From Eledone cirrhosa (lineage: Eukaryota), in NCBI GenBank assembly GCA_964016885.1, contig OZ024744.1:95046001-95110000 (forward strand): a stretch of DNA of 64,000 nt. Direction: 5' to 3'. The translations under genes and the position numbers were made by a program. Within the stretch, counting starts at the first letter, position 1; each line of letters begins with the position of its first letter. Positions 15,376-28,621 of the stretch are shown piece by piece. The notes beneath the pieces were generated by a model, which was not told where the DNA came from, searched no databases, and saw only the letters and a list, made by a program, of their open reading frames with translations.

Positions 15376-15534
15376 TATTACATATTTTTCACAGAGGAGA
15401 GAGTAGTAATTATTACTTCTATGTGAGATGTCATCAACTCATATATGTTGACTATGGCAATGTTGTTAGAGAATAGTGACATGAACAACCCACCCTACAT
15501 ACTCTATCATTTGCCTCATTGTGTGGGTGTGGGT

Positions 15535-15696
15535 GAGAGCGAGAGTGAGAGTGAGGCAGAAAGGGGGGGGGGAGTAAAGAGAAAGAAGAAAGAGAGAGGG
15601 GGTGATTGGGAGAGAGGGAGCGTGAGTGTGGAGAGAGAGAGAAGAACAAGGGAGAGAGGAGAGAGGGGGTTGAATGGGAGAGAGGGAACGTGAGTG

Positions 15697-15744
<48 letters not shown>

Positions 15745-16115
15745 TGAAGAGCAAGAGAAAGAGAGGACAGAGAGAGCGTGAAGAGCAAGAGAGGGAGGAG
15801 AGTGGGCGTGATGAGAAAGAAGATAGGAGAGAGTAAAAGCAAGTGAGAGAAAGGAGGAGCAAGAAAGAAGAGAAGGAAAAGAGCGGGAGGAGAGAGAGGA
15901 GAGAGAGGGTGAGTGAAGAGAGAGAAGAGCAAGAGAGAGAGGGAGAGGGAGAGAGGAGAGGACGGAGAGAGAAGTGAGAGAGGGAGAGTGAAGAGAGAGA
16001 AGTGCAAGAGAGAGAAAGGGAGAGAGAAGAGGAAGGAGAGACAAGAGGAAGGAGAGAGAAGAGAGTGAAGAGAGAGAGGAAGAGAGGAGAGGGAGGAGAG
16101 AAAGAGAAAAGAGAG
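15535..16115. repeat. GA-rich polypurine low-complexity tract
   Basis: Degenerate (GA)n; the source of spurious Ser/Leu ORFs. Confidence 0.9.
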
Positions 16116-16245
16116 ATAACAGTGTGTACAAGTGTGTGTGTGTTGTCTGTGTGAATGTTTAGCAAATGACATAGACATAAATATAAATCCCCCTGGGTGA
16201 ATCCCTCCCACTACCCCCTCCCCCTCTCCCCCCAAAAGCAATGAA

Positions 16246-16620
16246 ATAATTGTTTCTACACTTGGCACAAGGCCAGCAATTATCCCAGTACATTACCGGT
16301 ACTTTATTTTATCGATCCCCGCAAGGACGAAAGGCAAAGTTAACCTCGGCGGGATTTGAACTCAGACCGTAAAGGGCCGTAACTCTATGCTGCAAAGCAT
16401 AGCGTCCGACCCTCTACTGATACTGCCAATCTAAAATAATTGTTTCTACTTTTGGCACAAGGCCAGCAATTACCCAGTGCATTACTGGTACTTTATTTTA
16501 TCGACCCCCCGTAAGGATGAAAGGTAAATTTAACCTCGACGGGATTTGAACTCAGACCGTAACAGGACGTAACTATGCTGGAAAATATGGCGTCCAACTC
16601 TCTACCGATACTGCCAATCT
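16246..16620 (-). mobile_element. Two tandem SINE family 1 copies
   Basis: Reverse complements of the SINE at 16246-16431 and 16437-16620. Confidence 0.85.
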
Positions 16621-16689
16621 AAAATAATAGTGGATAAATTTGGATGGTTATACTTATTGTACTATTGACAACAACAACATAAAAAATGG

Positions 16690-16920
16690 AGACATAATGT
16701 AATAGAAATGGTCAGAGTCAATGACAGAATAATTAAACTTAGAGACTAGTCATAGGCAATCTTACAGTAGCAGACATCTCTGCTTATGTATGCCAGCACC
16801 ACAACACAATAGGAACTGACTAATGAGTAAAAAGGACCATTTACTATAAGGTCTTCTTGCACGCAAGCTTGGGAACAGATGTCGGGTGACAGCAACTTCA
16901 TTATTTTGTACCGATGACTT
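16690..16920 (+). pseudogene. Degenerate APE-endonuclease fragment of an RTE LINE
   Basis: Translates across a frameshift to ..VRVNDRIIKLR/LVIGNLTVADISAY.., which resembles the RTE endonuclease 'ISAYAPQ' region. Confidence 0.55.
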
Positions 16921-17049
16921 TCACGGGGATGGGGAAAGTGTGTGGGGGGGGGGGGGGGGCGCATGTTGAGCATCATCATGACAGTTACTCTTTCTTTTTC
17001 TCTCTCTCTCTCCATTTATATATGAATATATATATATATATATATATAC

Positions 17050-17699
17050 CACGATAAATTAACGGAGGCATAGGCCGTTGTTATTCCCTGTAAATAATGT
17101 GCTCAAAGGGGAAGAGATCCTGAGCCCTTTAAAATATAATATGTTTTATTTTAAACATATTATATTTTAAAGGGCTCAGGATCTCTTCCCCTTTGAGCAC
17201 ATTATTTACAGGGAATAACGACGGCCTATGCCTCCGTTAATTTATCGTGATATTTCGCTCCTAACAACAGACTTTCCTGTCTCTGTTTGGTTGAGCACAC
17301 TTCTCTGAGTGGCTTTGGGCTGCCCTTTCTAGCAGTTCGTCTCTCAGAGGCCACTGGTTCACTGCCCTTAAACACGCTGTGACTTCTCTCTCCCACGTGT
17401 AGCTGGACAGTCAATTGTAAAATTCTCTTAGTGTTGTCTGAAATGTATAGCCTTACACACGCTGATGAACCGAGACTAGACCATTTCTTTCAACAATTTT
17501 TCTGGTGAAACATATCTTTGGATTTGTACATGTGTTATATAGTTATAGAGGTATTTATTTATGCTTTAATTTATATTTTTAATTATCGTGTCTATAGTCT
17601 GCCTTTCATAGGTTATAGATTCCATACACTGGTGGTTTTTTTTCCCTGTATTATTGATAACGCACTATATATCTCTCTCTGGTGTGTTACCTTCTCAAC

Positions 17700-17700
<1 letters not shown>
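17050..17700 (+). mobile_element. (TA)n-embedded element with a 200-bp fold-back and hammerhead-like core
   Basis: Near-perfect palindrome at 17050-17249. CTGATGA-accgaga...tctggt-GAAAC lies at 17462-17511. Confidence 0.7.
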
Positions 17701-17734
<34 letters not shown>

Positions 17735-17954
17735 ACATACATATATCATCATCATCATCATCATTTTATGTCCGCTTTTCCCTGCTTGCAAGGGTGGGAC
17801 GGGAACTGATTCTGGCTTGATTTCTACAGGTGGATGCCCTTCCTAACACCAACCTCATTTACAGTGAGTGGTGAGTGCTTTTTTTGCTGTGGCACCTCCA
17901 CGACCACTTTACAGTGGAATGATAGGGACCCCAGTCCCTATCATCTCATTTCTA

Positions 17955-18085
17955 CAGCTGAGTAAACTGGAGCAGTGTGAAATAAAGTGTCTTGCTCAAG
18001 GAAACAACACATCAACCGGTCTGAGAATTGAACTCACAACCTTTCGATTGCAAGGCCAATGCTCTAACCACTAAGCCATGTACCT
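17955..18085 (-). mobile_element. tRNA-derived SINE family 2 (V-domain-like) joined to an RTE-like tail
   Basis: Reverse of tggcttagtggttagagc..gagttcaattc..ccttgagcaagacacttt. Related copies: 23965-24090(-), 39220-39355(-), 46830-47090(+), 48635-48750(+). Confidence 0.75.
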
Positions 18086-18130
18086 CCATTATATATATAT
18101 ATATGTATATGTGAATATATACATATATAT

Positions 18131-18325
18131 AGGAAAAAGTATGACCCCGACGGCAGAGGTCAAGCCGTTTTGACGGCTATTTCTGGACTAAATTCTAATT
18201 TAGTCCAGAAATAGCCGTCGAAACGGCTTGAGCTCTGCCATCGGGGTCATACTTTTTCCTATTTCCCACTCTACTACCCTAAGTATTGAGTACTCTGGTG
18301 CGTTATGGTCCATTTGGTTCCTTAA
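18131..18325 (+). mobile_element. Fold-back element family A
   Basis: Palindrome at 18131-18260 containing the 3' half of a hammerhead (gtcGAAACGGCttgagctctGCC), then the cccACTC..GAGTac tail. Confidence 0.75.
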
Positions 18326-18355
18326 TTATGATGATGATATATATATATATATATA

Positions 18356-18790
18356 ATGGAAAAATTTGAACAGGAACAAAACAGAGAGGCAGTACAACGA
18401 ATGTTTATTAATTTCACGCTCAGGAGAGTGAGGGGTAGGTGGGGGGACGACGTTTCGGGCATAAGCCCTTCCTCAGGTGAGAAGTGTGTGGGAACAGAGT
18501 TCAAAGGGTGTGTAGGGGAGTGGTGGAGAGACATATAGCGAAAGGAAACGGTGCGAATGAAATTAAAAATAAAAATAAAAATAAAGCATGATCAAAATAC
18601 AAGGAATGAAATAAAGTTAAATATAAAAGCATGATCAAAATAAACTGAAATTAAAAGGGGGGTAAACAGGTGGTGGAAGGGTGTGGGGTGTGTAGGGGTG
18701 GTGGCGGGTGGAGTGGGGAGAGGGAGACGGGGTGTCCGAGCGGGGAGGGCTGAAGGTGGTGTGTGTGTGTAGGTGTACGTGTGTGTGTGT
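18356..18790 (-). mobile_element. Penelope-like 3' UTR/pLTR fragment, family F
   Basis: Minus strand CTGAGGA-A-GGGC-TTAT-GCCC-GAAACGTC (18449-18476), then AATAAA and (TA)n. The same family is at 50509-51220(-) and 57043-57542(+). Confidence 0.75.
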
Positions 18791-21700
18791 GTGTGTGTAT
18801 ATACATACATACATACACATATATACATACACACATATACATATATATATATATATATAAATATATACCTACATTGTCAAGGAGATACTTGATGCTCACA
18901 TCCAAAGAGTTCTTTCCTTTCAGTTATCTGAATTGCATTACTAATATCACTCATATAAATTCTCTGTTGTATTACATGTTATTGTTGTCGTTGTTGTTGT
19001 TGTTGTTGTTTAACTCCCAGATCAACTGACCGTGATGAGGGTATTCCAGCTATAACTGTCCTTTTACATTCTGAGTTCAAATCCCACTGAGGCTAGCTTT
19101 GCCTTTTATCCTTGTGGCAGGGGGGGGGGGGGGGGAGATCTATAATATAAAGTACCAGTAACACATTGGGGTCTGAGTTAGTCGAATTTTCTCCTTCCCT
19201 TCAAATTTGCTGGCATTGTGCCTAATGTAGAAACAGTTATTTTGGTAGCACTATATGCAATGTATTGTCATCTTTCCTTTAGCATTTAACCTGTTGACTG
19301 CCACATATATTTTACACAGCTACAGTTGCTGTGCTGTTTTTTGTTTTTTTTCCAGAAAAATACTATTTTTTAAAACAAATATTTATTAACAACACATATT
19401 TGAATGACTGACAAACATCACATAAATAAACTAGTAACCCCATCTAGCTTTGAAGTTATGAACTGTTGGAAAAGAATTCATAACATTGAATGAGTTCAAA
19501 CATTTTAGGACAAGTTATCTCGACTGTGGCATTGGAATGCATATTTGTTAGGATGAGTTATCTCATCTACGGCACTGAAGAGGTTAAAAGCAGCCATATC
19601 CGGCTAGAATTCTCTCACCTCTTTCTGTTCAAACCAACCATAACTGGCCACTCACTTATGTTCAGGTAAAGTTCACAAAATAATTAATATCAAAATCTCA
19701 TAGATTCGATATTATGCAGGAATGCTTTTGTGGTCTTGTCCACAGTGCACAGCCCCAATATCGCTGCACCCTAGGCCTAGAGCCCACCCCTCCCCCTTCT
19801 TCCTACCATTCTTCTGTTACCCTAAAGCCTTTGCCTTTCCCTTCCTTTTCCGTTTTCATAACCACAAAACACACTTGAATTCTTTACATTAAATAAATTA
19901 AGACATCATCATTTAACCCTTTAGCAATTACATTACTCTATATATACTATTGTATTTTCACGGTAAAGGCTTTACCTTACATAATGTCTCACATAATATC
20001 AAATCTACGAGATTTTGATATCATTTATTTTGAGAACAATACCTTAACATCACTATGAGTGGCCAGTTACAGCTGGTTTGAACAGAAAGAGGTGAGAGAA
20101 TTCTGGCCAGATATGGCCGGTTTAAATGCTAAAGGGTTAAATGATCATCAGGAATGGCTGCTTTTTCTTTCTTTTTTCTTTCTTTCTTCTTTTTCTTTCT
20201 TCTTCTTCTAACTAAAATATCTACCTCTTTTTTTCTCAATGATGGTGACACTAGTGATGATGAAGGTGGTGCTGGTGGAGATGATGATGATGATGAGGCT
20301 GATGTTTTGGAAGAAATCATCTATATAGTCAGACCGGGAGATATACGTCTCTCACCTGCTCCTCTGTGACTTATCTAAGAGTTACAATTCCATAGCAAAC
20401 CTCTTAACCAGCAAGAAAATTCTGGCCATATATGGCTGGTTTAAATGCTAAAGGGTTAAATGATTATTTTTACCTTCAATACACTTTGAAATATATTATG
20501 CCAAACTGTGAGGTATTATAAAATACCAGTCATGTACTGGGGATTGATTTAATGAACTTTACTCTTCTCCCAAAAATATTTGCTGACTTTTGTGTCTAAA
20601 TTAGAAATTAATATATTACATTAACACCAATAAATAGGTGCATTTGATCACCAATCTGCTTGATCAGAATTGACCTGGTGTTAAACAACAGCTACAACAA
20701 CAACATTGTATTGTTATTATATTACATTAACACCAACCAGTACATAGATATAGATTATACTTTCACAATAATCTTCTAGAAAACAATTTAATTCCCTTCT
20801 GTTTTGTTGAAGATTCTGTCCTAATACTGAATATATTTGGATTAGAAAAGATTAGAAAAAAAAAAAAAAAAAACCTCATCTCCATGTGTTTTTAAATTAA
20901 TTATCAGAGTAGTTGTTGTTGTTGTTGTTCTTCTTCTTCTTCTTCTTCTTCTTCTTCTTCTTCTTCTTCTTCCTGATAAGGTCAATGGCAGCAGAGTTCT
21001 CAAATACTCCTTCCAGCGGGTCCTATCAGAAACGACTATCTCCAACTTATCTGGCTTGATCCCCAATTGTGACCAGCCAAGCTCATGGATGTTATCCAAC
21101 CATCTTCTTTAGGATCTAACTCTAGGTCTCCTGTCGGTTGGATTTTTGCCTGTAAAATCTATTCAGCGATTCTTTCCTAACACAATCTTACCACATGTCT
21201 GTAGTATTGGTGTTATATTTCAATACAATATTTCACAATCATGAATTGGTAGAATTCTTAGAGCATCAGACAAAATGGTTTGTGATGTTTGTTTAGGTTC
21301 TATAAGTGGTGGGTTCAAATTCTGCCGATGTCAACTTTCTCTTTCATCATCCCAAAGTCAATAAAATAAAGTTACCAATCAAATACTGGAGTCGATGTAA
21401 TAGAAGTTATTACCCCTGCCTACCCATCCACCCCCCACCCCCACAAGAATTTGCTGGCCTTGTGCCTAAATTAGAACCCAATATTATATTTCACACAAAG
21501 GACAGTGGATTAGCATTGGCACAATTGACAACTTGAAAAGAATTATACAGTCAGGCACACAACATCAAACACTTTGTCAATCCATTTCTCAGCAAGAAGT
21601 ACATCAAGCCTTCTTTGTTACTCGTCCCAAAGAACTTGTGACTGGTGTCTTTTCCAGTGATGAAACGAGACGAGTCAAGGTTCTCCTCCATCACACCTCT

Positions 21701-23208
21701 TCTACACAGCATAGATCAATATTTATCCATGATACTGTTTCAACTATCTCAGAGGATCCATACTCTCATGGTTCCAATATTCAAAGTAGGCTACATGAAA
21801 TATAGACTGATGTGGGATTTCACAGAAAGAAGATCTGGTCAGCCCACAAATCTTGACCCTACTTTGAACAATACCTCCTACAAGATTGTTCCCAATCCTG
21901 TCCTCACAAGATTTATTTGAGACTATCATCATAAAGAACTTCAAGCAAGGTTTTACAATTGGATGCCCTCCCTATCACCAGCACAGCAATAACAGTTGCT
22001 GAGAAACTGGCTATCATTGTTTGTGAGATCTCCATCATCATCATTATCATCATCGTTTAACGTCCATTTTCCACACTAACATGGATTAAACAGGTTGTCC
22101 CATTTGAGGCAAGTTGGATCACGTGACCATGTCTTAATCATACAACAGAACTGTTTCTGGCTGGGTTTCTATGGTTGGATGCCCTCCTTCCTAACACCAA
22201 CCACATTTATGGTTTGTACTGGGTGCTTTTTGTCGAGACACCAACACAACCACTTTACAGTGTGGACAGGAGTGGGTGAGTGGGAGTATATAAAACATAT
22301 ACATATGTACACATTATTGGATAGCCATTGACTCATCTTGGTTCCTCCACCCTTTGTTATACAATCAGATGAAATGCCATTGAGGTATTTATTTATTCTG
22401 AGTTCAAATACTGCCAAGACCAATTTTCCCTTTCGTCCTGCCATGGTCAATAAAATAAAGTACCAGTCAAGTAAGTACTTTAATCAACTTTACCCTTTCA
22501 CCAAAATTTGCTGGCCTTGTGCCCAAGTTAGAAACCAATATCACATTTCACACACAAAAGTGAAATTGATTTCTCGGTTATGCAAGGTAGCATTATACTA
22601 TTTACTTGTATTCATCATCCCACTGCTGTAAAGTCACAATAGTCTTTGACTGGTTTAGAATTAATGATGACAATGACAGTGATGATGATGATGACGCATA
22701 CACAACACATGTAAAAGCAGATAATTGTTATAGTAAAAACAAGAAAGCCAAACTATATAGAAAACACTAAATAACCATAAACATCAACAACATTCATTGT
22801 CATGAGAAAGACACAAGAGGAAGGGGGGGGGTATGCTTTAGTTTCTAAGGAAACTAAATTGTAATGAACTGAATAGATGCACAACTGTCAATTTTTTCTC
22901 CCCCACTTTTTTCTTTTCTCTTTTCTTTCCATCTAATGATTTCTTTCAATAAAGGTAGTTACACTAAATAGTAAAACCATGATATTGTTTGTTCTTATCA
23001 GCTTTCTAAATAACAGTTTACACTACACAATTACTTCAGAGAACTGTATGAAATAAGTTAAGACAGGCAGCTAGATAAATAGATAGATAGATAAATAAAT
23101 AGACAGATATATAGCTAGATAAATAGAGATAGCTAGATAAATATATAGATAGATGGATGGGTGGATGGACAGATGGATAAATAGAAAGATAAATAAATAG
23201 ATAGACAT

Positions 23209-23254
<46 letters not shown>

Positions 23255-24589
23255 GGATGGATGGATAAATAGACTGGCAGACAGATAGCTAGAAAGATAT
23301 ATAAAGATAGACAGATATAAAGATAGATATATTTCTTTATTAGCCACAAGGGCATACAAGAAAAGGGGACAAAACAAGGACACATGCCGGGTATTTTACA
23401 GAACACAGACATTAAATATATCTGGGGTGGGAACAGAGGAATAGAAGTTGTTATAACATCCATATATTTTCAAGTGATATTACCAATATAGGACAGAGAA
23501 GACTCTTGAGTTGGCCAAAAATATGACAACCTCTCTAGTGCTGGTGCCGCAATACAATGCATCCAGTACACTCTGTAAATTAGTAGTGCTGGTGCCATGA
23601 TAAAATGTATCCAAATCACTCTGTGAAGTGGTAGTTTTAGTGCTATGATAAGATGTAACTGTACAATCTGTAAAGTGATAGTGATGGTACCATGATAAAA
23701 TGCACCCCCCCCCCCTCATCCCTCTAAAGTGGTAGTGCTGTGTCATAATAAGCACCCAGTCGAAGACCCCCTTCAGTCATGAATGACCATGTGATTTGCA
23801 CCTAGAAAGTTTCCCTCCAAGGCACAAGTCCAGGCAAGGTTGTTTTGAGGAAGACCAGCAGTCGCCTCCCATGCATACCAGCCTCCCCTCTCCATGCCAG
23901 CGATGTTGTCCAAGGGAAAGGCTATGGCCAATACAGCTTGGCACCAGTGACAGCACAACTCATTTCTAAAGTAAACTGGAGTAAACTGGAGCAACGTGAG
24001 GACACATCGCATCACCTGGTTTCAAAAATCGAACTCACAACCTTTCAATTGCAAGCCCAATGCTCTAACCACTAAGCCATGTGCTTTCACATGCATCCAG
24101 TAAACTTTGTAAAATAGTAGTGCTGGTGCCATGATGAAAACACCACATACACACTGAAAGGTGATACAGTCATAGAAACCATTGCCAAATTACAGAACAT
24201 ATGAGCAAGATATAGTTTCTCAACAAGTCTTGACTCAGACTGTGACAACCTACCCATCACTTGTCAGCATGAAGAATGAATATAAAATTATGATGCTTGC
24301 ACTGGAAAATCAAAAACCAAGTTACACTGTACAAACTATCACCAGGAGAATGAATGCTTTCTGTAATTTTATTGCATTTAAAAACATAACCAACTTTAAA
24401 TTGTTTAATTTTAAGGAGAGTTTTTACAAGAAATGCAGGAGCTGGTGCAGTAATGTGCTAGCTTGAGCATTCAATAATCAGAAGAAGGGATGTAGGTATA
24501 AAAGCCAAACTCGCTATCTTCAATTCAGTATTCATGTCAACCCTTAGTTATTGTCATGAATCTTGAGTAATAATCGAAAGAATACAATT

Positions 24590-24940
24590 GCAAATACAAC
24601 CTGCTGAAACGGAGTTCCGTTGAAGGGTCTTTGGAGTAACATTATTCAGTAGAGTGCATAGCTTTGAGATCAGAGAGTCACTCCAGGTGGAGCTGCTACT
24701 TCTCTGATTTGAAAGATCACAAGCTCCGATACTACGGGCATGTAGTTAGAATGTCTCAGGAAATAATCGCTGGCCAGTTTTTAAGGGGCAAAACCAACCG
24801 GTAAGCGACCCATGGGTAGACCCCAAGCAAGATGGTTAGACATCATCCATGAGCTTGGCAGGTCGGGCTTGGAGATCCAGCCGGATCAGTTGGAGATGGT
24901 TGTTTCTGACAGGACCTGCTGGAAGGAGTGTTCCAGTGCC
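24590..24940 (+). mobile_element. Second RTE-like LINE family, 3' fragment
   Basis: ..LRYYGHVVRMSQE..KPTGKRPMGRP..RWLD. Related remnants are at 20975-21200(-), 29960-30310 and 31590-31830. Confidence 0.7.
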
Positions 24941-27319
24941 TCAAATTTACAATAACATCTAGTAATGTCATGTGGGTTTAGAATTTTCATAGTTTAATTT
25001 CTTAAGAAATATTAAACAATGAAAATATTGGTTACTGATGTAGGCTGTAACTCTATGCCATAAATCATGTTGTCTGGTGCTCCACCGATACTGCCAATCC
25101 ATATTGCTCTTAAAAAGACATAGGTTTCTGATTCAGGCACAAGATCAACAATTTGGGGGGAAAAGGGAAAATCAATTAAATCAACTCCAGTGCATTACTG
25201 GTACTTTATTTTATTGACTCGACCCTATAAGGATGAAAGGCAAGGCTAACCTCAACAGGATTTGAACTCAGATCGTAAAAGGCCATAGCTCTATGCCATA
25301 AAGCATGTTGTCCGATGCTCCATCGATACTGAATTATTTGTTAAGAAATTTCCTGTAGTTTATTTTGTTGCTAAAATATTCCCGATAAAATGAATATGAA
25401 AATAATAATAATATTGCAAATTGATTTATCTGAAAATTTATAAATAATCAATTTTAGAATCTTAATTTTCGGCTTTAGGGATATTGTAAAGTCTGTTCAA
25501 TATTTCCAGTAATTGACAATGAAATCATTAGTTGACATTACTTGTAAGAAGAGTCGATTTAATTGTATAGGAAATTAGAAAAAGAAGTTAGCTGAAACAT
25601 TTTAAGATAACTGAATATTGAAGCAAATTAAATACAAATTAAATACAAATGCAGCATAAGTACCATGGCAGATTAATGAGCTATATAAATAATTAATATT
25701 GATAAATTACATAAGTAATCACAGGTCTCGAACAATGCCCCCCACTTGGTAATTATTTTTCAGATTTTTCAGATTTTTTCCACCCACCCTTGCTCTTATT
25801 CCACCACACACCCCACCCCCGCTTATTAAATGTTGCTAATCTAACTCTGGTGAAATTTTATTTTAAGTGGTAACATTCCTGCCTGTGACAATTCATTTTC
25901 TTTATACATTAAAAAAAACAAAAACATTATACATGACAAAAAAAGAACATTACAAGAAATCCCATACATTATAAAATAAAATAGGATGGGTTGGGGGTTC
26001 TCAATATGTAAACTAAATGACTAATTCTGGTTTTTAAAAAGAAATAATCAATGAAAACAACCTAGAAATATTACCGACCCCCCCCCCCCCTATTATTTGG
26101 AACACAAGAGTACATTACTAAAAGAATAGGAAAAAGAACTGTAATGAGAAACAACAAAAAATAGAAGCAGGTTACCAACAAAATTCCCATAGAACACTAA
26201 ATTTTATATTTCACATAATAAAGTGGCCATATTAAACATCTCTTAACTAAATCACCTTTTTACATGACTGAAAAATATAACAAAACAGAAAATAGATCAA
26301 AACAAAATAGAAAAGTACTTATAAATAAAATTAGTCCACTGCTTTTTTTTTTTTAAGTAGAAGGATGTAGCTGCAAGCTAATAAATTTTTATCTGAAGTA
26401 GAATCTAAAGCACTGAACTACTCTGACTTGGTATATTTGCTGTCACTTATGCTTTGTGAAATAAAGCACCATTCCTACTTGAATAAAGGAACCAGACAGT
26501 CTATCACTAATTCCTGGTTTTCAATTGTATTTTTTCTTTTTTTTTTTTGTTAACCCAAAAGAGGAAGATTTAAATCTATTACAAATCAAACCATGACGAA
26601 AGATATTTAACCGTTTTATGGCCATATTTCTATCAAGAAATATGCTGCCTTTGTGTTTTAGTTGTCAAAGTGATCAAAATTAATGAAAGGTTTAGTGAAA
26701 TAAATAACTTTCAATGTAACCCTTCATGACTGCATTTCTAATTAAATACACTGTGTTTTAATTAATTAATGGAGAATTTTGAGGGATTTACTAAAATTAT
26801 TAATTATTCCATTACTAAAATAATAACTTAATGTAAGATTCTTATAAAAAATTATGTTGGAAGATTTTAATTTAAATTGGAAACCTTTAAAATGGGTGGT
26901 TTTATTTCATAGAACCAGAGATGGTTTTGGCAGGGTTGGTAACTAAGATAGTAACTTAATGTATGGTTTTTATATAAAATTATATTGGAAGATTTTAATT
27001 TAAATTGGAAACCTTTAAAACGAGTGGTTTTATTTCATAGAACCAGGGCTGGTTTTGGCCTGGTTGGTAACAAAGATAACTTAATTCAAGGTTCTTATAT
27101 AAAATTATATTGGAAGATTTTAATTTAAATAGGAAACCTTTAAAATGGGTGGAATCAGAACCAGTCTAGACCAGGTTGGTAACTAAAGGGTTAACAACAA
27201 AATATATATATTTAATAACTAAAATCTGTCAATAACGAGATTTCAGTTCAAGGTTTGAAGGTTTAACATAGTTGAATATATTCATTCCTACTGATTAATT
27301 ATTAATATTCTGTAATGAT

Positions 27320-27650
27320 TTAGTAGAACTTTAGTATATACCAAGTTGACTTTAAGACCTTTTGATTCCAAGTTATGCTTCCAGATCAGGAATTTTTTCT
27401 TTATTTCTGCCATAGATTTGGCTATGAGAGTTAGATCATCAACATACAGGAGTTTCCAGACAAGAGTTCCCAGGGGCATCCTGTTTTAAACTCTTCTGTT
27501 ATAGTCTGGAGAGGGGTAAGAATGTTATATACAGGAGAGGGGTAAGAATGGAGTCCTGGTGAAACTCCATCTGCATGCTAAACTTCTTGCTATAGTCATC
27601 ATTAATTTTAACCTTGCTGATTTCACCTCGGGACACGGCTTGTGTTGCCC
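27320..27650 (-). pseudogene. RTE reverse transcriptase fragment
   Basis: WKLLYVDDL..LESKGLKVNL, homologous to 36924-37352. Confidence 0.85.
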
Positions 27651-28235
27651 TTATATAATTAATATTGTTTCTTGAATTGCAGAAACCATGGTTGGTGAAC
27701 TCTATAAGTAAAAACGACTTATTTTAGTTGGTCTAACTTATATTCCTCCAAATTGAGATTTTGGCTTAAGTTTATTATTTTATTACTTATCTGAGTAGAT
27801 AATTTATTAATCCCTTCATTGAGATGTCTAAGTATTAGAGACATGTAACTTTTTAATTGATATATATATATCATCATCATCATCATCATCAATTAATGTC
27901 TATCTTTCACGCTAGCATGGGTTAGACGGGTTTGTCCCATTTAGAGGCAAGTTGTGTCGGATGACCATGTCTCACTCATATAGGAGTGTTATTGGCTGCT
28001 TTTCTACTGCTGGATGCCCTTCCTAATGCCAACCACATTTACAGTGAGTGCTAGGTGCTTTTTGTCATGACACCTACACAATCAATCAATATATATATAC
28101 ACACATATATATATACATACATATACATACACACACACATATACATACATATATATATACATATATATCCCTTGAAATTCCGACCAATAAGGTTGAATCT
28201 TCATGGGTACGTCTTTATTTATAAAACAAATTTTG

Positions 28236-28299
28236 TATTTTATCTGATGAAGCGCACCAAGGTTGGCTTGGTTGCCCTTGAAATATATATAATAAAATA
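28236..28299 (+). ncRNA. Type I hammerhead ribozyme motif (family B element, about 28168-28420)
   Basis: Stem I TATTTTAT/ATAAAATA; CTGATGA; stem II agcgcaccaag/cttggttgccct; GAA; palindromic ATATATAT; predicted AUA cleavage after 28291. Confidence 0.75.
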
Positions 28300-28549
28300 A
28301 ATATGGTTTTATAAATATAGTTTCCATTTATTTAATATCATGGAATATTTGCTCTAGTAACTTGTTGAGTGCTCTAAATCAGTTATAAACATTTACGTTT
28401 GTCGGAATTCCAAATTAAATATATATACACCTGATGTGTTTCGTTCGATCTCGTTATAAAGAATTTTTCATTACAACAAATTTGTTTTTATACCCTGTGA
28501 ATTTCGTTATAATGGAATTTCACTGTATATATATATATGCACATACACC

Positions 28550-28621
<72 letters not shown>

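Noticed and set aside
15452-16268. Ser/Leu-rich ORFs of 221-250 aa
   Set aside because: Translation of a (GA)n tract.
21533-21944. Cluster of short ORFs
   Set aside because: Possibly a very old LINE remnant, but no motif is clear enough to support a call.
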